Shown: positions 18,141-28,016, counted from the stretch's first letter. The stretch is 64,000 nt of DNA from Abditibacteriaceae bacterium (GCA_031372065.1 JANMKN010000015.1:1683-65682); one strand, 5' to 3'. Numbers and translations: made by a program. The notes: generated from the sequence alone by a model not told the origin.

Positions 18141-18920
18141 TTACCAACTAAAATACCCGCGCCGCATGAGGTCGGCTTCAGTATCGAATTGCGCTTGGGG
18201 CGCGTGTTTATTGATGGCGGTTAATATAGCAGCAAGTCCTTTCACGCCATATTCTTGCGCTTCGATAGGCAGATATGTATGTTTCTCTTCATGAAAGTAG
18301 TAAATGTGGAGATTTCTAAATCCGGGAGATTCCACGCGGTCAATCGCGGAATAGTGAATCTCCATAGCAGATTCTTCTAATTTTTTGCCTTTGCACTTGT
18401 ATCGGTGCTTGATAATCAATCTATCCTGATTTAGAACGATCCATTGTCTATAACTTGCCAATAATCGCCAAGACTTAAAGGCAAAGAAGCAACTGAAACA
18501 AATCCAAGCGGCATACATAATGAAGTCTGTGATGTCTCTTGCGTTTTGAAGACAAAGAACTAAAAACGATAGTGTCAGAATGACACTTGGAAAGTAATAC
18601 CTATCCCGAAAACCTATCCCTTTGATAATCTGTGACCAGTCCTTTTGTGGTGTAGGGACATACTGAAATTTATTTTGAGCTACTAAGTGCCAACGCCAAA
18701 ATGCTGCACACAATGTGAGAAACATCAGCCCAATGCACCAATTTTTCAATGGTGTAGGCATCAGCCACCAGAAATAACAGCAAGTAATTTCAAACCAAAA
18801 GGCGTTCCACTGAATATCAGTGCGTGCTCGTTGCACAGATTTCTCCGCCAGTTTGTTTTCTTCGTCGCTGAATTCCGGTTCTTGCGGCTTGCTGATTACG
18901 GCTGTATTCATTTTTGACAT
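18141..18920 (-). CDS. Multi-pass membrane protein of unknown function, AT-rich gene
   Basis: 259-aa ORF with about four hydrophobic helices and a soluble C-terminal domain. No family recognised. Confidence 0.5.
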   Translation of the reverse strand: MSKMNTAVISKPQEPEFSDEENKLAEKSVQRARTDIQWNAFWFEITCCYFWWLMPTPLKNWCIGLMFLTLCAAFWRWHLVAQNKFQYVPTPQKDWSQIIKGIGFRDRYYFPSVILTLSFLVLCLQNARDITDFIMYAAWICFSCFFAFKSWRLLASYRQWIVLNQDRLIIKHRYKCKGKKLEESAMEIHYSAIDRVESPGFRNLHIYYFHEEKHTYLPIEAQEYGVKGLAAILTAINKHAPQAQFDTEADLMRRGYFSW

Positions 18921-18952
18921 CTCGCGCCATTAGTTTAGAATGGCGAAAAGTC

Positions 18953-19984
18953 TCACGCTACGGGCAAGACGGAGTGCGCCTCGAAATTGAGCGATTGCAC
19001 CGAATAATCTTTGTCGGCCCGCATTCGGTGGCGATAGTAACCGGCGACGGCGATCATGGCGGCGTTGTCGGTGCAGAGAATTTTATCGGGCACCACGAAA
19101 TTGATGCCCGCTTTGGTCGCGGCGTCTTGCATGGCGCCACGCAGGGTGGAATTGGCCGCCACGCCGCCGCATAAGCCCAAAGTGGCGGGCTTGAATTCTT
19201 GCAAGGCGCGTTCGACGTTGCGGCGCAATTGCGCGATGGCGGCGCGCTGAAAACCGGCGGCGATTTGCGGAATTTGGTCGGGATATTTCTGCGCCGCTTG
19301 CGAAGCCGCCGTTTTTAAACCGGAATACGATACGTCAAATGACGGCTCCATGTTGGAAACGGAAAACTGCATCGCTTCGCTGGCCGTGAGCGCCATTTTT
19401 TCCAAGTTTGGGCCACCCGGAAGCGGCAAACCGAGCGCGCGGGCCACTTTATCGTAGGCTTCGCCGATGGCGTCGTCGCGGGTGCGGCCCAAACGCTCGT
19501 AAATGCCAAAGTCGCGCATTAAAATGAGGTCGCTGTGCCCGCCGCTGACGACTAAACAAAGCATCGGAAATGCTAAATCGGGCTGCGCCAAGAAGTTCGA
19601 GAGAATGTGCCCTTCAATGTGATTGACCGGCTGACACGGGATGTCGTGCGCGAACGACAACGCCTTGGCAGCGGCCACGCCGACTAAAAGCGCTCCGGCG
19701 AGGCCCGGCCCATGCGTCACGGCGATCAAATCCAAGTCGCGCCAGTTTAATTGCGCTTGTTCCAACGCGGCGCCGAGCAGCGGGTTGAGCAGTTCCAAAT
19801 GCTTGCGCGAGGCGATTTCGGGCACTACGCCGCCGAAACGTTGATGCGCATCAATTTGCGAGGCGATGAGGTTCACCACAATTTCGGCGCGGTCACGCAA
19901 AATCGCCACGCTGGTTTCGTCACACGATGTTTCAATGCCAAGAGTTATCACGATGGTTGCAGTTTGCGCTGTTTCTATCAGCAT
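18953..19984 (-). CDS. tsaD: tRNA N6-adenosine threonylcarbamoyltransferase
   Basis: LGIETSCDETSVAIL start, HIEGHI and VSGGHS motifs; full-length Kae1/TsaD pattern. Confidence 0.93.
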   Translation of the reverse strand: MLIETAQTATIVITLGIETSCDETSVAILRDRAEIVVNLIASQIDAHQRFGGVVPEIASRKHLELLNPLLGAALEQAQLNWRDLDLIAVTHGPGLAGALLVGVAAAKALSFAHDIPCQPVNHIEGHILSNFLAQPDLAFPMLCLVVSGGHSDLILMRDFGIYERLGRTRDDAIGEAYDKVARALGLPLPGGPNLEKMALTASEAMQFSVSNMEPSFDVSYSGLKTAASQAAQKYPDQIPQIAAGFQRAAIAQLRRNVERALQEFKPATLGLCGGVAANSTLRGAMQDAATKAGINFVVPDKILCTDNAAMIAVAGYYRHRMRADKDYSVQSLNFEAHSVLPVA

Positions 19985-20108
19985 ATTCCACCTGCAAACT
20001 TATAAAATTGCCATTTTGGTTTGGGGTTTTAGGCTTTTGGTCTTTGATTTCATGACGGCGGCGCCATCTTATCAAAGCCGCGTTTTTCGATTTTTCGGGC
20101 CAATATTA

Positions 20109-20345
20109 GCAAAATGCACGGGGATTTCGGCAAAATGCACGGGGGTTTCGGCAGAACTCATGGGGTTTCGGCAAAACGCACGGGGGTTTCAGCAAAACTC
20201 ACGGGGTTTTCGGCAAAACTCACGGGGTTTTCAGCAAAACCCACGGGGATTTCAGCAAAACCCACGGGGGTTTCGTCAGAACCGAAGGGGTTTTCGTCAG
20301 AACCGAAGGGGTTTTCGGCAAAACCGAAGGGGTTTTCGGCAAAAA
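20109..20345. repeat. About 11 tandem copies of a 21-bp unit
   Basis: The unit GCAAAA(C/T)NCACGGGG(T/A)TTTCG repeats head to tail with drift toward TCAGAACCGAAGGGGTTTTCG. Confidence 0.9.
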
Positions 20346-20504
20346 CCCCTCACCCCCGGCCCCTCTCCCCCAATCCGCTACGCGGGGAGAGGGGAGGGTA
20401 GACCAATGCGTTTCTTCTCACTTCAAATGGGTAGGAACGTGTGCGGCAATCTCCCCTCTCCCCGCGCAGCGGATTGGGGGAGAGGGGCCGGGGGTGAGGG
20501 GTTT
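20346..20504. repeat. Inverted pair of a ~53-bp G/C-rich palindromic (REP-like) element around a ~52-bp spacer
   Basis: The left copy CCCCTCACCCCCGGCCCCTCTCCCCCAATCCGCTACGCGGGGAGAGGGGAG is matched by its reverse complement at about 20449-20504, with one mismatch. Confidence 0.85.
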
Positions 20505-20700
20505 CAGTAAAAGCCCCTGCGCTTTCGACGCCTGCATCTGTCAGGGCATTGGCCGCGCACAGGACAATGGCTCTCAAAATTTATGCGTTTGCTGTGGGTA
20601 TGAGGAGTGCTGTGTGCTTGAAAAGCTGCGATAACGGTTAGAATAGAAGAGTCTTGCCGTTTTTTCCTCGTTTGCCGTCCATTTCGCTTCTGGAGGCCTC

Positions 20701-21378
20701 ATGCAAGAAAAATTCGCCGTTCCGCCGTGTCCTGTTCCCCGTGTTGCGCCGACAACTTCTGCCCGTCGGGGCATAACGCTCACCGAATTGCTTGTCGTTA
20801 TAGGTATCGTGGCGCTGCTCGCGGCGATTCTGTTTCCGGTTTTCGGGCGCGTGCGCGAAAACAGTCGCAAGAGTTCCTGCCTGAGCAATCTCAAACAAAT
20901 CGGCGCCGCCATGCTGATTTACTGTCAGGATTACAACGACAAGTTGCCGCATTCCGCACAGGCTTCCGACCCGGTGGACGGCGGTTGGGTGCAAGGCGCG
21001 GGCGGCGCCGCTTACACCTTTCCCGCTAATGTCGCGAAAGGCGCGCTGTATCCGTATGTGAAAAACACGCAGGTTTACATTTGCCCGTCCGACCTGAACG
21101 GCAAAACCAAAGCCTTGAGTTTTTCGATGAACATGATTTGCAGTCAAAAGCGTTTGGCGGGCGCTACCAAAACGTCGCAGACCATCACCCTGATGGACGA
21201 AAGCGCCACCTTGAACGACGGCAATTTCAACGCGCGAGCCTGTGGCGGCAGCGATCAGCCCACTGTCATCCACGCGGACGGTGCCAATGTCGGTTATCTG
21301 GACGCCCACGCCAAATGGGTTCGCCCCGATCAGCTTCAGAAAAAAGATTTTCGCTTTAATGAATTTGATTGTCCTTAA
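20701..21378 (+). CDS. Prepilin-type N-terminal cleavage/methylation domain protein (DUF1559 / H-X9-DG-like)
   Basis: GGAGG RBS. The RRGITLTELLVVIGIVALLAAILFPVF prepilin motif is followed by a C-terminal HADGANVGYLDAH motif. Confidence 0.85.
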   Translation: MQEKFAVPPCPVPRVAPTTSARRGITLTELLVVIGIVALLAAILFPVFGRVRENSRKSSCLSNLKQIGAAMLIYCQDYNDKLPHSAQASDPVDGGWVQGAGGAAYTFPANVAKGALYPYVKNTQVYICPSDLNGKTKALSFSMNMICSQKRLAGATKTSQTITLMDESATLNDGNFNARACGGSDQPTVIHADGANVGYLDAHAKWVRPDQLQKKDFRFNEFDCP

Positions 21379-21393
21379 ACGGCAAGCACGGGC

Positions 21394-21431
21394 GAAAACC
21401 TCCGATGAATTATCGGAGGTTTTTGTTTTTG
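21394..21431 (+). terminator. Rho-independent terminator
   Basis: AAAACCTCCGAT-GAATT-ATCGGAGGTTTT followed by a T run. Confidence 0.8.
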
Positions 21432-21483
21432 GTATGGTTTGTAGTAGCGCGTAAGGCGCGTTTCAACTTTTAGGAGAACACAA

Positions 21484-22290
21484 ATGCAAAGGCGAGATTT
21501 CGTGAAGACAACATTGGCCGCCACGTCTGTCGCGGCGCTGGGCGGGCTGCAAACAGCGGCAAGTGCGGCGGAGAATCCGCAAGAATACTACGAATGGCGC
21601 ACTTACAGCCTGAAAGAAGGCAGCGACGGCAAAGCGCTGCATAGTTTCTTGCGCGATGCGGCGATTCCGGCCTTGAACCGTTTGGGCAGCCGTCCTGTTG
21701 GCGTTTTCACGCCGCGCGATGCGCCCGCTGCCGGCGAAATGCCCGCGCTGTATATGATGATTCCCCATGCTTCGTTGGAAGATTTCGCGGCCATGCCAAC
21801 CAAAATCGGCGAAGACGAAGCCTTTTTGCAAGCGGGCGCGGAGTATTTGCAACTGCCCGCCACTGATGCGGCTTTTGTGCGCTATGAAAGTTCGCTGATG
21901 CGCGCTTTTGCGGGAATGCCGAAGATCGAATTGCCCGCGTATTCAACCGCCAACAAGCCGCGTCTTTTTGAACTTCGCACCTATGAAAGTCACAGCGAAA
22001 TCGCCGCGCTGACGAAAATTCAAATGTTCAACGAAGGCGAAATCGAACTCATGCGCCGCGTCGGTTTAGCGCCGGTTTTTTACGGACAAACAATCGTCGG
22101 CACGCGCTTGCCAAACCTGACTTATCTGCTTTCCGCCGAAAACGACGAGGCCCACAAAAAACACTGGGACACTTTCCGCACCGATGCCGAATGGAAGCGC
22201 ATGAGCGCCATTCCCGAATACACCAACGCGCGCATCGTTTCCAAAATCACCAATAAATTCTTGGTGCCGACGGCGTATTCGCAGATTTAA
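21484..22290 (+). CDS. TAT-signal NIPSNAP family protein
   Basis: Twin-arginine start MQRRDFVKTTLAATSVAALGG and two NIPSNAP-like halves (YEWRTYSLKEG, FELRTYESHSE). Confidence 0.75.
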   Translation: MQRRDFVKTTLAATSVAALGGLQTAASAAENPQEYYEWRTYSLKEGSDGKALHSFLRDAAIPALNRLGSRPVGVFTPRDAPAAGEMPALYMMIPHASLEDFAAMPTKIGEDEAFLQAGAEYLQLPATDAAFVRYESSLMRAFAGMPKIELPAYSTANKPRLFELRTYESHSEIAALTKIQMFNEGEIELMRRVGLAPVFYGQTIVGTRLPNLTYLLSAENDEAHKKHWDTFRTDAEWKRMSAIPEYTNARIVSKITNKFLVPTAYSQI

Positions 22291-22372
22291 GAGTTGTTTG
22301 GGATAGGCCTTCTACCAACATGATGAGAGCGGCTACGCCGCTCGTGCCCTCCCTTCTGCCCAAAGGGCGCCC

Positions 22373-22452
22373 GCCTCCCGGAGGGAGGGAAACTACGCTT
22401 TGAAAAGGCAAAATGCTTTTCAAAAGCGTAGCTCTTCCCCCTCCGGGGGAAG
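22373..22452. terminator. Three consecutive stem-loops in a convergent intergenic region
   Basis: CCTCCCGGAGGGAGG; CTACGCTTTGAAAAG-loop-CTTTTCAAAAGCGTAG; CTTCCCC-CTCC-GGGGGAAG. Confidence 0.6.
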
Positions 22453-22479
22453 TTGGATGGGGGTTCTGCGGCACCACGC

Positions 22480-25400
22480 TTATTTCGATTCCGCGCCTTC
22501 GAGTTCGGCATCGAGAACCGAGCGCGGCTTGATGTTCATGAAATAGCCGCCTTCGCCGAATTGTTCGGCTTCTTCGGGCGTGAGCGTGGCTTCGGGTTCG
22601 GCTTCCGCTTCTTCGGCAGCGGTGGTTTCGATGGTTTCGCCCGCTTCGACGCGGCGCAATTCTTCGATGCCGCGCAAAAAGGCGTCGGCAATATCGGGGT
22701 CGAACTGCGTGCCTTTGCCTTTGACGATTTCCGAAATCGCTTCGTCCCAACTCAGGCCCATGCGATACGGACGATTGGTTGTCATCGCCGAAAAGCAATC
22801 CGGCACGGCCAAAATGCGGCCAAACAAGGGAATATCAAGGCCCGTTATGCGGTCAGGATAGCCGCGCCCATCGAAACGCTCGTGATGGTGCTTAATGCCG
22901 CCTAAAACATCCTCCAAATCGGGCACTTCTTTCACAATTAAAGCGCCAAAAACCGGATGCTGCTGCATCACTTTGAATTCATCGTCGTTGAGGCGGCCCG
23001 GCTTGCGCAAAACCGAATCGGGCACGGCGATTTTTCCGACATCGTGCAGCAAGCCGCAAATGCGTAGTGAGCGCTGCTGTTCGGGCGTGAAATTAAGCTG
23101 CTTGCCAATCATCACGCCCCAACGCGCCACATCCTCGGAGTGGCGCCGCGTGTAGTTATCTTTGTTGTCAATTGCCGTCACCAGCGCGTCTAACACGCCG
23201 AACGAGCCGCCGACGCTGGCATCTTTGAGCGCTTTGAGTTCGTCACTTTCTTCTTCGTGACGGCGCATGATGAAACCGCCGCCCGCCATTTTCGCTTCGG
23301 TCACATTCGCATCGGCGACGCCGAGCAGTTCCAAACCTTTTTCGCCATCATGCGGGAATATCGCGCCGCCAAAAGACAAGCTGATGGGAATGCGCCGCCC
23401 GTCGTCGGATTCCAGCGATTGTGCGGCAACTTTTTCTTCGATGCGGTTGACCACCACGCGGGCGCCTTCGACATCGGTATCCATCAAAACCGCGATAAAT
23501 TCATCGCCGCCGTAGCGCCCAATGACATCGCTGATGCGACACGATTGACGCAGACATTCGGCCACGCGGCGAATCACTTCGTCGCCCACTTGATGACCAT
23601 AGGTGTCGTTGAAAAACTTGAAATTATTCAAGTCCATCATCAAAATGACGAACTGATCGCGCGAGCGCGCGGCGCGCGACAGGCAGATGTTGAGTTGCTG
23701 CTGCACAGCGCGGTGATTTAGCAAATCGCTGAGACTATCGCGGTCTGCAAGGCGCACGGCTTCTTGATAAAGATGGGCATTTTGCAAAGCCACGCCCACT
23801 TCCAAGGCCAACGATTGCAAAAGGGCGATTTCGGCATCGGTCAGCGCGTTTTTGTTGCGTAAAATGCCAACGGCGCCTAAAATTTCGCCTTTCCATTGAA
23901 TCGGCACCACATAGGCGGCTTGAAAATTGTTGTTTAGCGAACGACAAGCCAGCAAAGCGTTTTCGATGTTGCCTTGTTCCAGCCCGCCATGCAGAGCCTT
24001 TATAGCGTTGCGCTGCAATTGTTCTTGACGTTCAACGATATTGTCAACCGCAGCGCGCACCAAATGCCAGCGCCCGCCTTTGGGCATCCAGTCGTCGCGA
24101 TGCTCGGCTAAAGCATGGCCCAGTGCCGCTTCGACCAACGCTTTGCGAATCGCTGCCGCACTGCCGCGTGTATTGGCGCTTTCAGCGACGCGGCTTTCAC
24201 GCTGCGATTTGCGGCGTTCGACGTGCGCTTCGGCCTTGGCATCAAAGCCATCTTGTCCGGCAGTGCCGGTCAACGCGAGCGTCGTTTCGGCTTCTTCCTC
24301 GCCTTTGAACAGCCAAATGGCACCCGCATCGGCGCGCAGCGAATTTATGCTGCGATCCAACGCCGTTGAAATAATTTTGTCGCTATCGAGCGTATTGGAA
24401 AGATCAGCCGCGATTTCGTGTAGTGTAGAAATTTCATGAGTTCGCGCGGCGACATCGGCTTGCAAACCTTGCGCGAGTGAATTCCAAGAACGGTAATCTT
24501 CAAAAGTCTGGCGCGTGTTCAGCAGCGAATCGAACGCATGGCGCAGCAACGCCAACAAAATCAAAAGCGCGGGCCACCAGCCTTCGCCGAGCGCGCCGGG
24601 CGCATCGCGGTGCGTGCCACGAAAATGTTGCTGGGCTACGATAACGGCTATGCTCGCGCAAAACAGCGGCGCGATATTGCGCAACCAGAAAGCGCGCGCC
24701 GCTTGCGCATCCAGCGCCGCTTCAATTTGTCCCGGTGTTTCGGCGCTGAGATTCAAGCCTTCCCACAACGCGGCAACAGCGATCAGCATCGGCGCGGCAA
24801 CACGCAGAAAAACATCAAAGAATGGCGCTGTGCCCGTTGGTAAAAAGAAAAAGCGAAACGCCGCAATCGCAAAAAAGAGCGCGCCCAATAAAGCAGAGGC
24901 CCATGCCGTTGTCCAGTCGGATAGGGGACTGGGGCCGCTTTCTCGTTGCACGGCAGGATGCATTTCGCGTCGTCCGACGATTAATAAGGCGGCTGCTGCC
25001 AAAAACAAAAACGCTACCAAATGAAATCCGCCCGGCGCTGTTGCAGAAACCGCCGCGCGTTGTGCCGGTTCAATAAAAAGCCACCAGACGATGGCCGAAA
25101 CTGCGCCGCCGATAACCAGTGCATCGGGTGCCAAAGCCCAATCAAAAGGCGGTGCTGGTTCGTTTGCTTGGCTTTCGCCCGGCTGCACAGCGTGCGGCGT
25201 GCCGGTCACGCGCGCCAAACCTAAAAATCCGAAAAGAAGCACAAGCGGCGCTATGACCAAAAGCGCAATGGCGAACGAAGAAGCGCTCTGACTTGATAAA
25301 AAAGCGCCGCCACCTTGCAAAAGCAAGGCGCCTGCTATGATAAGCCAACTGAAACGCCGCGCCGCGAAATTTTGCAGGCGCAGCGCACCGAACCCACAAA

Positions 25401-25611
25401 CGGCAGCGGCCAAAAGGCACGCGCCCGCAGCGATTGAGCCGGCTTTAGTCGCATCGCGCGCTAAAACTCCGCCTACCACGCCAAGAGCCAATGCCAAGCC
25501 TACTCCCGCAGGGCCAATGACGGTAAAGCGCGCTCCTCCACCCGAAACCGGGGAGGCAGCCTTATTTGTCTCGATTGATGAATCAGGGGGCAAATTCACA
25601 GCGCCATTCAT
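22480..25611 (-). CDS. Membrane-bound GAF - GGDEF - HD-GYP c-di-GMP signalling protein
   Basis: About 350 aa of N-terminal TM helices, GAF-like segments, RYGGDEFIAVL (GGDEF), then HDVGK and HHERFDGRGYP (HD-GYP). Confidence 0.85.
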   Translation of the reverse strand: MNGAVNLPPDSSIETNKAASPVSGGGARFTVIGPAGVGLALALGVVGGVLARDATKAGSIAAGACLLAAAVCGFGALRLQNFAARRFSWLIIAGALLLQGGGAFLSSQSASSFAIALLVIAPLVLLFGFLGLARVTGTPHAVQPGESQANEPAPPFDWALAPDALVIGGAVSAIVWWLFIEPAQRAAVSATAPGGFHLVAFLFLAAAALLIVGRREMHPAVQRESGPSPLSDWTTAWASALLGALFFAIAAFRFFFLPTGTAPFFDVFLRVAAPMLIAVAALWEGLNLSAETPGQIEAALDAQAARAFWLRNIAPLFCASIAVIVAQQHFRGTHRDAPGALGEGWWPALLILLALLRHAFDSLLNTRQTFEDYRSWNSLAQGLQADVAARTHEISTLHEIAADLSNTLDSDKIISTALDRSINSLRADAGAIWLFKGEEEAETTLALTGTAGQDGFDAKAEAHVERRKSQRESRVAESANTRGSAAAIRKALVEAALGHALAEHRDDWMPKGGRWHLVRAAVDNIVERQEQLQRNAIKALHGGLEQGNIENALLACRSLNNNFQAAYVVPIQWKGEILGAVGILRNKNALTDAEIALLQSLALEVGVALQNAHLYQEAVRLADRDSLSDLLNHRAVQQQLNICLSRAARSRDQFVILMMDLNNFKFFNDTYGHQVGDEVIRRVAECLRQSCRISDVIGRYGGDEFIAVLMDTDVEGARVVVNRIEEKVAAQSLESDDGRRIPISLSFGGAIFPHDGEKGLELLGVADANVTEAKMAGGGFIMRRHEEESDELKALKDASVGGSFGVLDALVTAIDNKDNYTRRHSEDVARWGVMIGKQLNFTPEQQRSLRICGLLHDVGKIAVPDSVLRKPGRLNDDEFKVMQQHPVFGALIVKEVPDLEDVLGGIKHHHERFDGRGYPDRITGLDIPLFGRILAVPDCFSAMTTNRPYRMGLSWDEAISEIVKGKGTQFDPDIADAFLRGIEELRRVEAGETIETTAAEEAEAEPEATLTPEEAEQFGEGGYFMNIKPRSVLDAELEGAESK

Positions 25612-25709
25612 TTTATTGATTATTTGTTGAAAGTTAAAGACACAATTTGCTGACGAACGCAGAAATTCGCCTCACAACTCACTAACGCAATGCCTTGTCC
25701 AAATGAAAC

Positions 25710-27791
25710 GTGTCCCGTTTTTTAGTTCGCTTTCTGCCTTGTTTTGTCGCCCTACTTTTGAATTTACAAGTCGTTTTTGCAGCAACATTCGATCCCAATG
25801 CCTTCTGGCGCGAACCGAATGCGCCTTTTGACATAACAACCGTGCAAACAGGGCGCGAAGATGCCGCTATTGTCAGCAATGCGCCCGAAAATTTTGGACG
25901 GGTCCGACCTCGCGGCGGGCCGAGAGGTCGCAATCGCCGATCCCAAGAAGTGACCGATGATGCTTCTATCACATGGCGCGCCTTCGTTTTTACCAGCGAA
26001 ATCTATGAAGGCAAACCAATGCGCATTTATGCCATTTACGCGGCGCCAGCGGGAATCGGGCCACATCCAGCAGTGCTTTGCTTGCATGGCGGCCTTGATC
26101 GCGCTCAACTCAATCGCGTTTTGGCTTTCGCCCGCGCCGGATATGCGTGTTTGGCCTTCGATTGGTTGCCCCTCAACGATAAAAGCACGGCAGCCCAGAC
26201 GCCCTTGCGCACGGTTTATGGTAACTTGGATTACAACGATTGGGGCCGTATGTTTTCGGACATCGGTGCCGATGGCAAGCGTTCGCTGATTTATCGCGCT
26301 ATTATCGCGGCGCGGCGCTCAATAACATGGCTCGGTCAGCAAAAAGAAGTGGATGCGTCGCGCATCGGCGTCGAAGGCCATTCGTGGGGCGGCTATTTGG
26401 CGCAGCTTTTAGCGGGAGTCGAGCCACGCGTCAAAGCCGTTGTTACTTCGGCAGCAGCGGGCAGTTGGCAACGGCGCTATAACGAAAGCGAGCGCCGCCC
26501 GGCTCCGCTTGGAACACTACCGCCTTTGGTAGAGACTTCGGTGGCCGACGGCGGCGTGGCCGATGTGTATTTCAACGGCGAACGCGATGCCATTGTAGAT
26601 GGTCATCGTTTCGGCGATTTATCACCCAAAGCAATGGCCGCGTGGACGCAACGCTACGATCCGGCCAGTTATGCCGCCAATATTCAAGCGCCGATTTTAG
26701 TGCGCCTTGGCGCTTCCGACTTTTTTGCTTCCATAGATGGCCTCGCCGATTACTATCCCAAAATCCGCGCGCCCAAAACCCTGCAACTTTTGCCCGCTGG
26801 CAATCATACGTTTGCCGACACAGAAACGCGCGTGCAATGGTTCGATGCGTGGCTGAAAAATCTGCCTCAAAATCCGTATCCGCAAGTAGAGAATTGGAAG
26901 CTAACGCCCAACGCTAATAATTCGTGGACGGTCACGGTGCCCGACAATAATGCTGTCGCCGGACAAGTCGCGTGGACGACGACTTCTGGACCGTCCGTTG
27001 TGCGTCAATGGGCGCAGCGGCCTTTGGAAAAAAAGGATGGTTTATGGACGGCGACTTTCACGCCCCCACAAGGCGGCGGCGCCTTGCGCGTTTTTGTTTC
27101 GTTGCAAAACGCCGCCGGTCATATTGCCAGCACGCTGCCGCAAGTGCAGGAAGCCAAAAACGCGCGCCCTCTTTCTAAAACAACCAGCGAAAACCAGATT
27201 TCCATCGTAAAAACCGCCATTTCGCCGCTGGAAAATCCGATTATTTGGAGTAATGCCCGCGAGATTGGCCCTGTTGCGCTTTCGCCCGAAATGGTAGGCG
27301 AACGCAGCGCCACTTTGCGCGCCCTATGGGACGAAAACGCGCTTTATTTGCAAGTGAAAGTCACCGATTCAACGCCGTGGCAAAAAGTGCGCGATGCTGC
27401 GACTTGGTGGAACAGCGATTCGTTTCATTTGCGCTTTTGGGCCAGCGGCTCCCAAGATTTTCCCAATGCTGTCCACCTCGTTGTCTGGAATAACGGCGCC
27501 GCGCCGGGTGTTATCGCCTTTCACGACGCCAGCATTCGTCGCCCCGATTTCGATTTAAGTCCAGTGACAAGGCAAGTGACAATTGAAAAAAGCGGCTATG
27601 TTTTAAATCTGCGTCTGCCGTGGAACTGGCTGGACACTCGCTTGGCGCCGCGCGCCGGAGGCAATTTTCGCATGGCATTTTTAGTCAACGACGGCGATTT
27701 ATTAACCAACGAGCCAATTTTAGCCGCCAATTTCGCCAACGCACACGCTTTGTATAAACCCGAAGTGTGGGGCGTGGCAAAGTTGGACTGA
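25710..27791 (+). CDS. Secreted alpha/beta-hydrolase esterase with C-terminal CBM9/DOMON-like sugar-binding domain
   Basis: Signal peptide, nucleophile elbow GHSWGG, and a C-terminal LRALWDENALYLQVKVTD pattern typical of CBM9-like modules. Confidence 0.7.
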   Translation: MSRFLVRFLPCFVALLLNLQVVFAATFDPNAFWREPNAPFDITTVQTGREDAAIVSNAPENFGRVRPRGGPRGRNRRSQEVTDDASITWRAFVFTSEIYEGKPMRIYAIYAAPAGIGPHPAVLCLHGGLDRAQLNRVLAFARAGYACLAFDWLPLNDKSTAAQTPLRTVYGNLDYNDWGRMFSDIGADGKRSLIYRAIIAARRSITWLGQQKEVDASRIGVEGHSWGGYLAQLLAGVEPRVKAVVTSAAAGSWQRRYNESERRPAPLGTLPPLVETSVADGGVADVYFNGERDAIVDGHRFGDLSPKAMAAWTQRYDPASYAANIQAPILVRLGASDFFASIDGLADYYPKIRAPKTLQLLPAGNHTFADTETRVQWFDAWLKNLPQNPYPQVENWKLTPNANNSWTVTVPDNNAVAGQVAWTTTSGPSVVRQWAQRPLEKKDGLWTATFTPPQGGGALRVFVSLQNAAGHIASTLPQVQEAKNARPLSKTTSENQISIVKTAISPLENPIIWSNAREIGPVALSPEMVGERSATLRALWDENALYLQVKVTDSTPWQKVRDAATWWNSDSFHLRFWASGSQDFPNAVHLVVWNNGAAPGVIAFHDASIRRPDFDLSPVTRQVTIEKSGYVLNLRLPWNWLDTRLAPRAGGNFRMAFLVNDGDLLTNEPILAANFANAHALYKPEVWGVAKLD

Positions 27792-27844
27792 GGCTCGCTC
27801 TTACAAATTAACTTTTTATTCGGTTTTCGCCCAAATTTAGGTTG

Positions 27845-27870
27845 TTTATAACATAGGTTTTTGTTATAAA
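27845..27870. promoter_or_regulatory. Inverted repeat TTTATAACA-N8-TGTTATAAA in an AT-rich upstream region
   Basis: Perfect 9-bp arms about 150 bp upstream of the 28017 start. This is a candidate operator; no experimental support. Confidence 0.3.
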
Positions 27871-28016
27871 TGAACTGTCTTGCGAAGTATTGTTTGCGTT
27901 TCAGACTTTATCCTCACGTTTTGTGTAGTAAATTGCCTCAGCTTGTTTTTCGTTGAGTGACCCTTAATCGAATCTTATGATTCGTTACTTCGGGAATTTT
28001 TTTTAGGAGATTCGTC

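Noticed and set aside
19866-20510. 214-aa plus-strand ORF (and 20114-20401) encoding FRQNSRG / GFSAKPT heptad repeats
   Set aside because: It is produced purely by the 21-bp DNA repeat (a multiple of three) running into the REP-like palindromes. It has no RBS, several frames are open on both strands, and it sits in the divergent promoter region of tsaD and the prepilin-like gene.
20638-21309. 223-aa minus-strand ORF
   Set aside because: It is antisense to the prepilin-type gene, which has a GGAGG RBS, a canonical cleavage/methylation motif and a downstream terminator.
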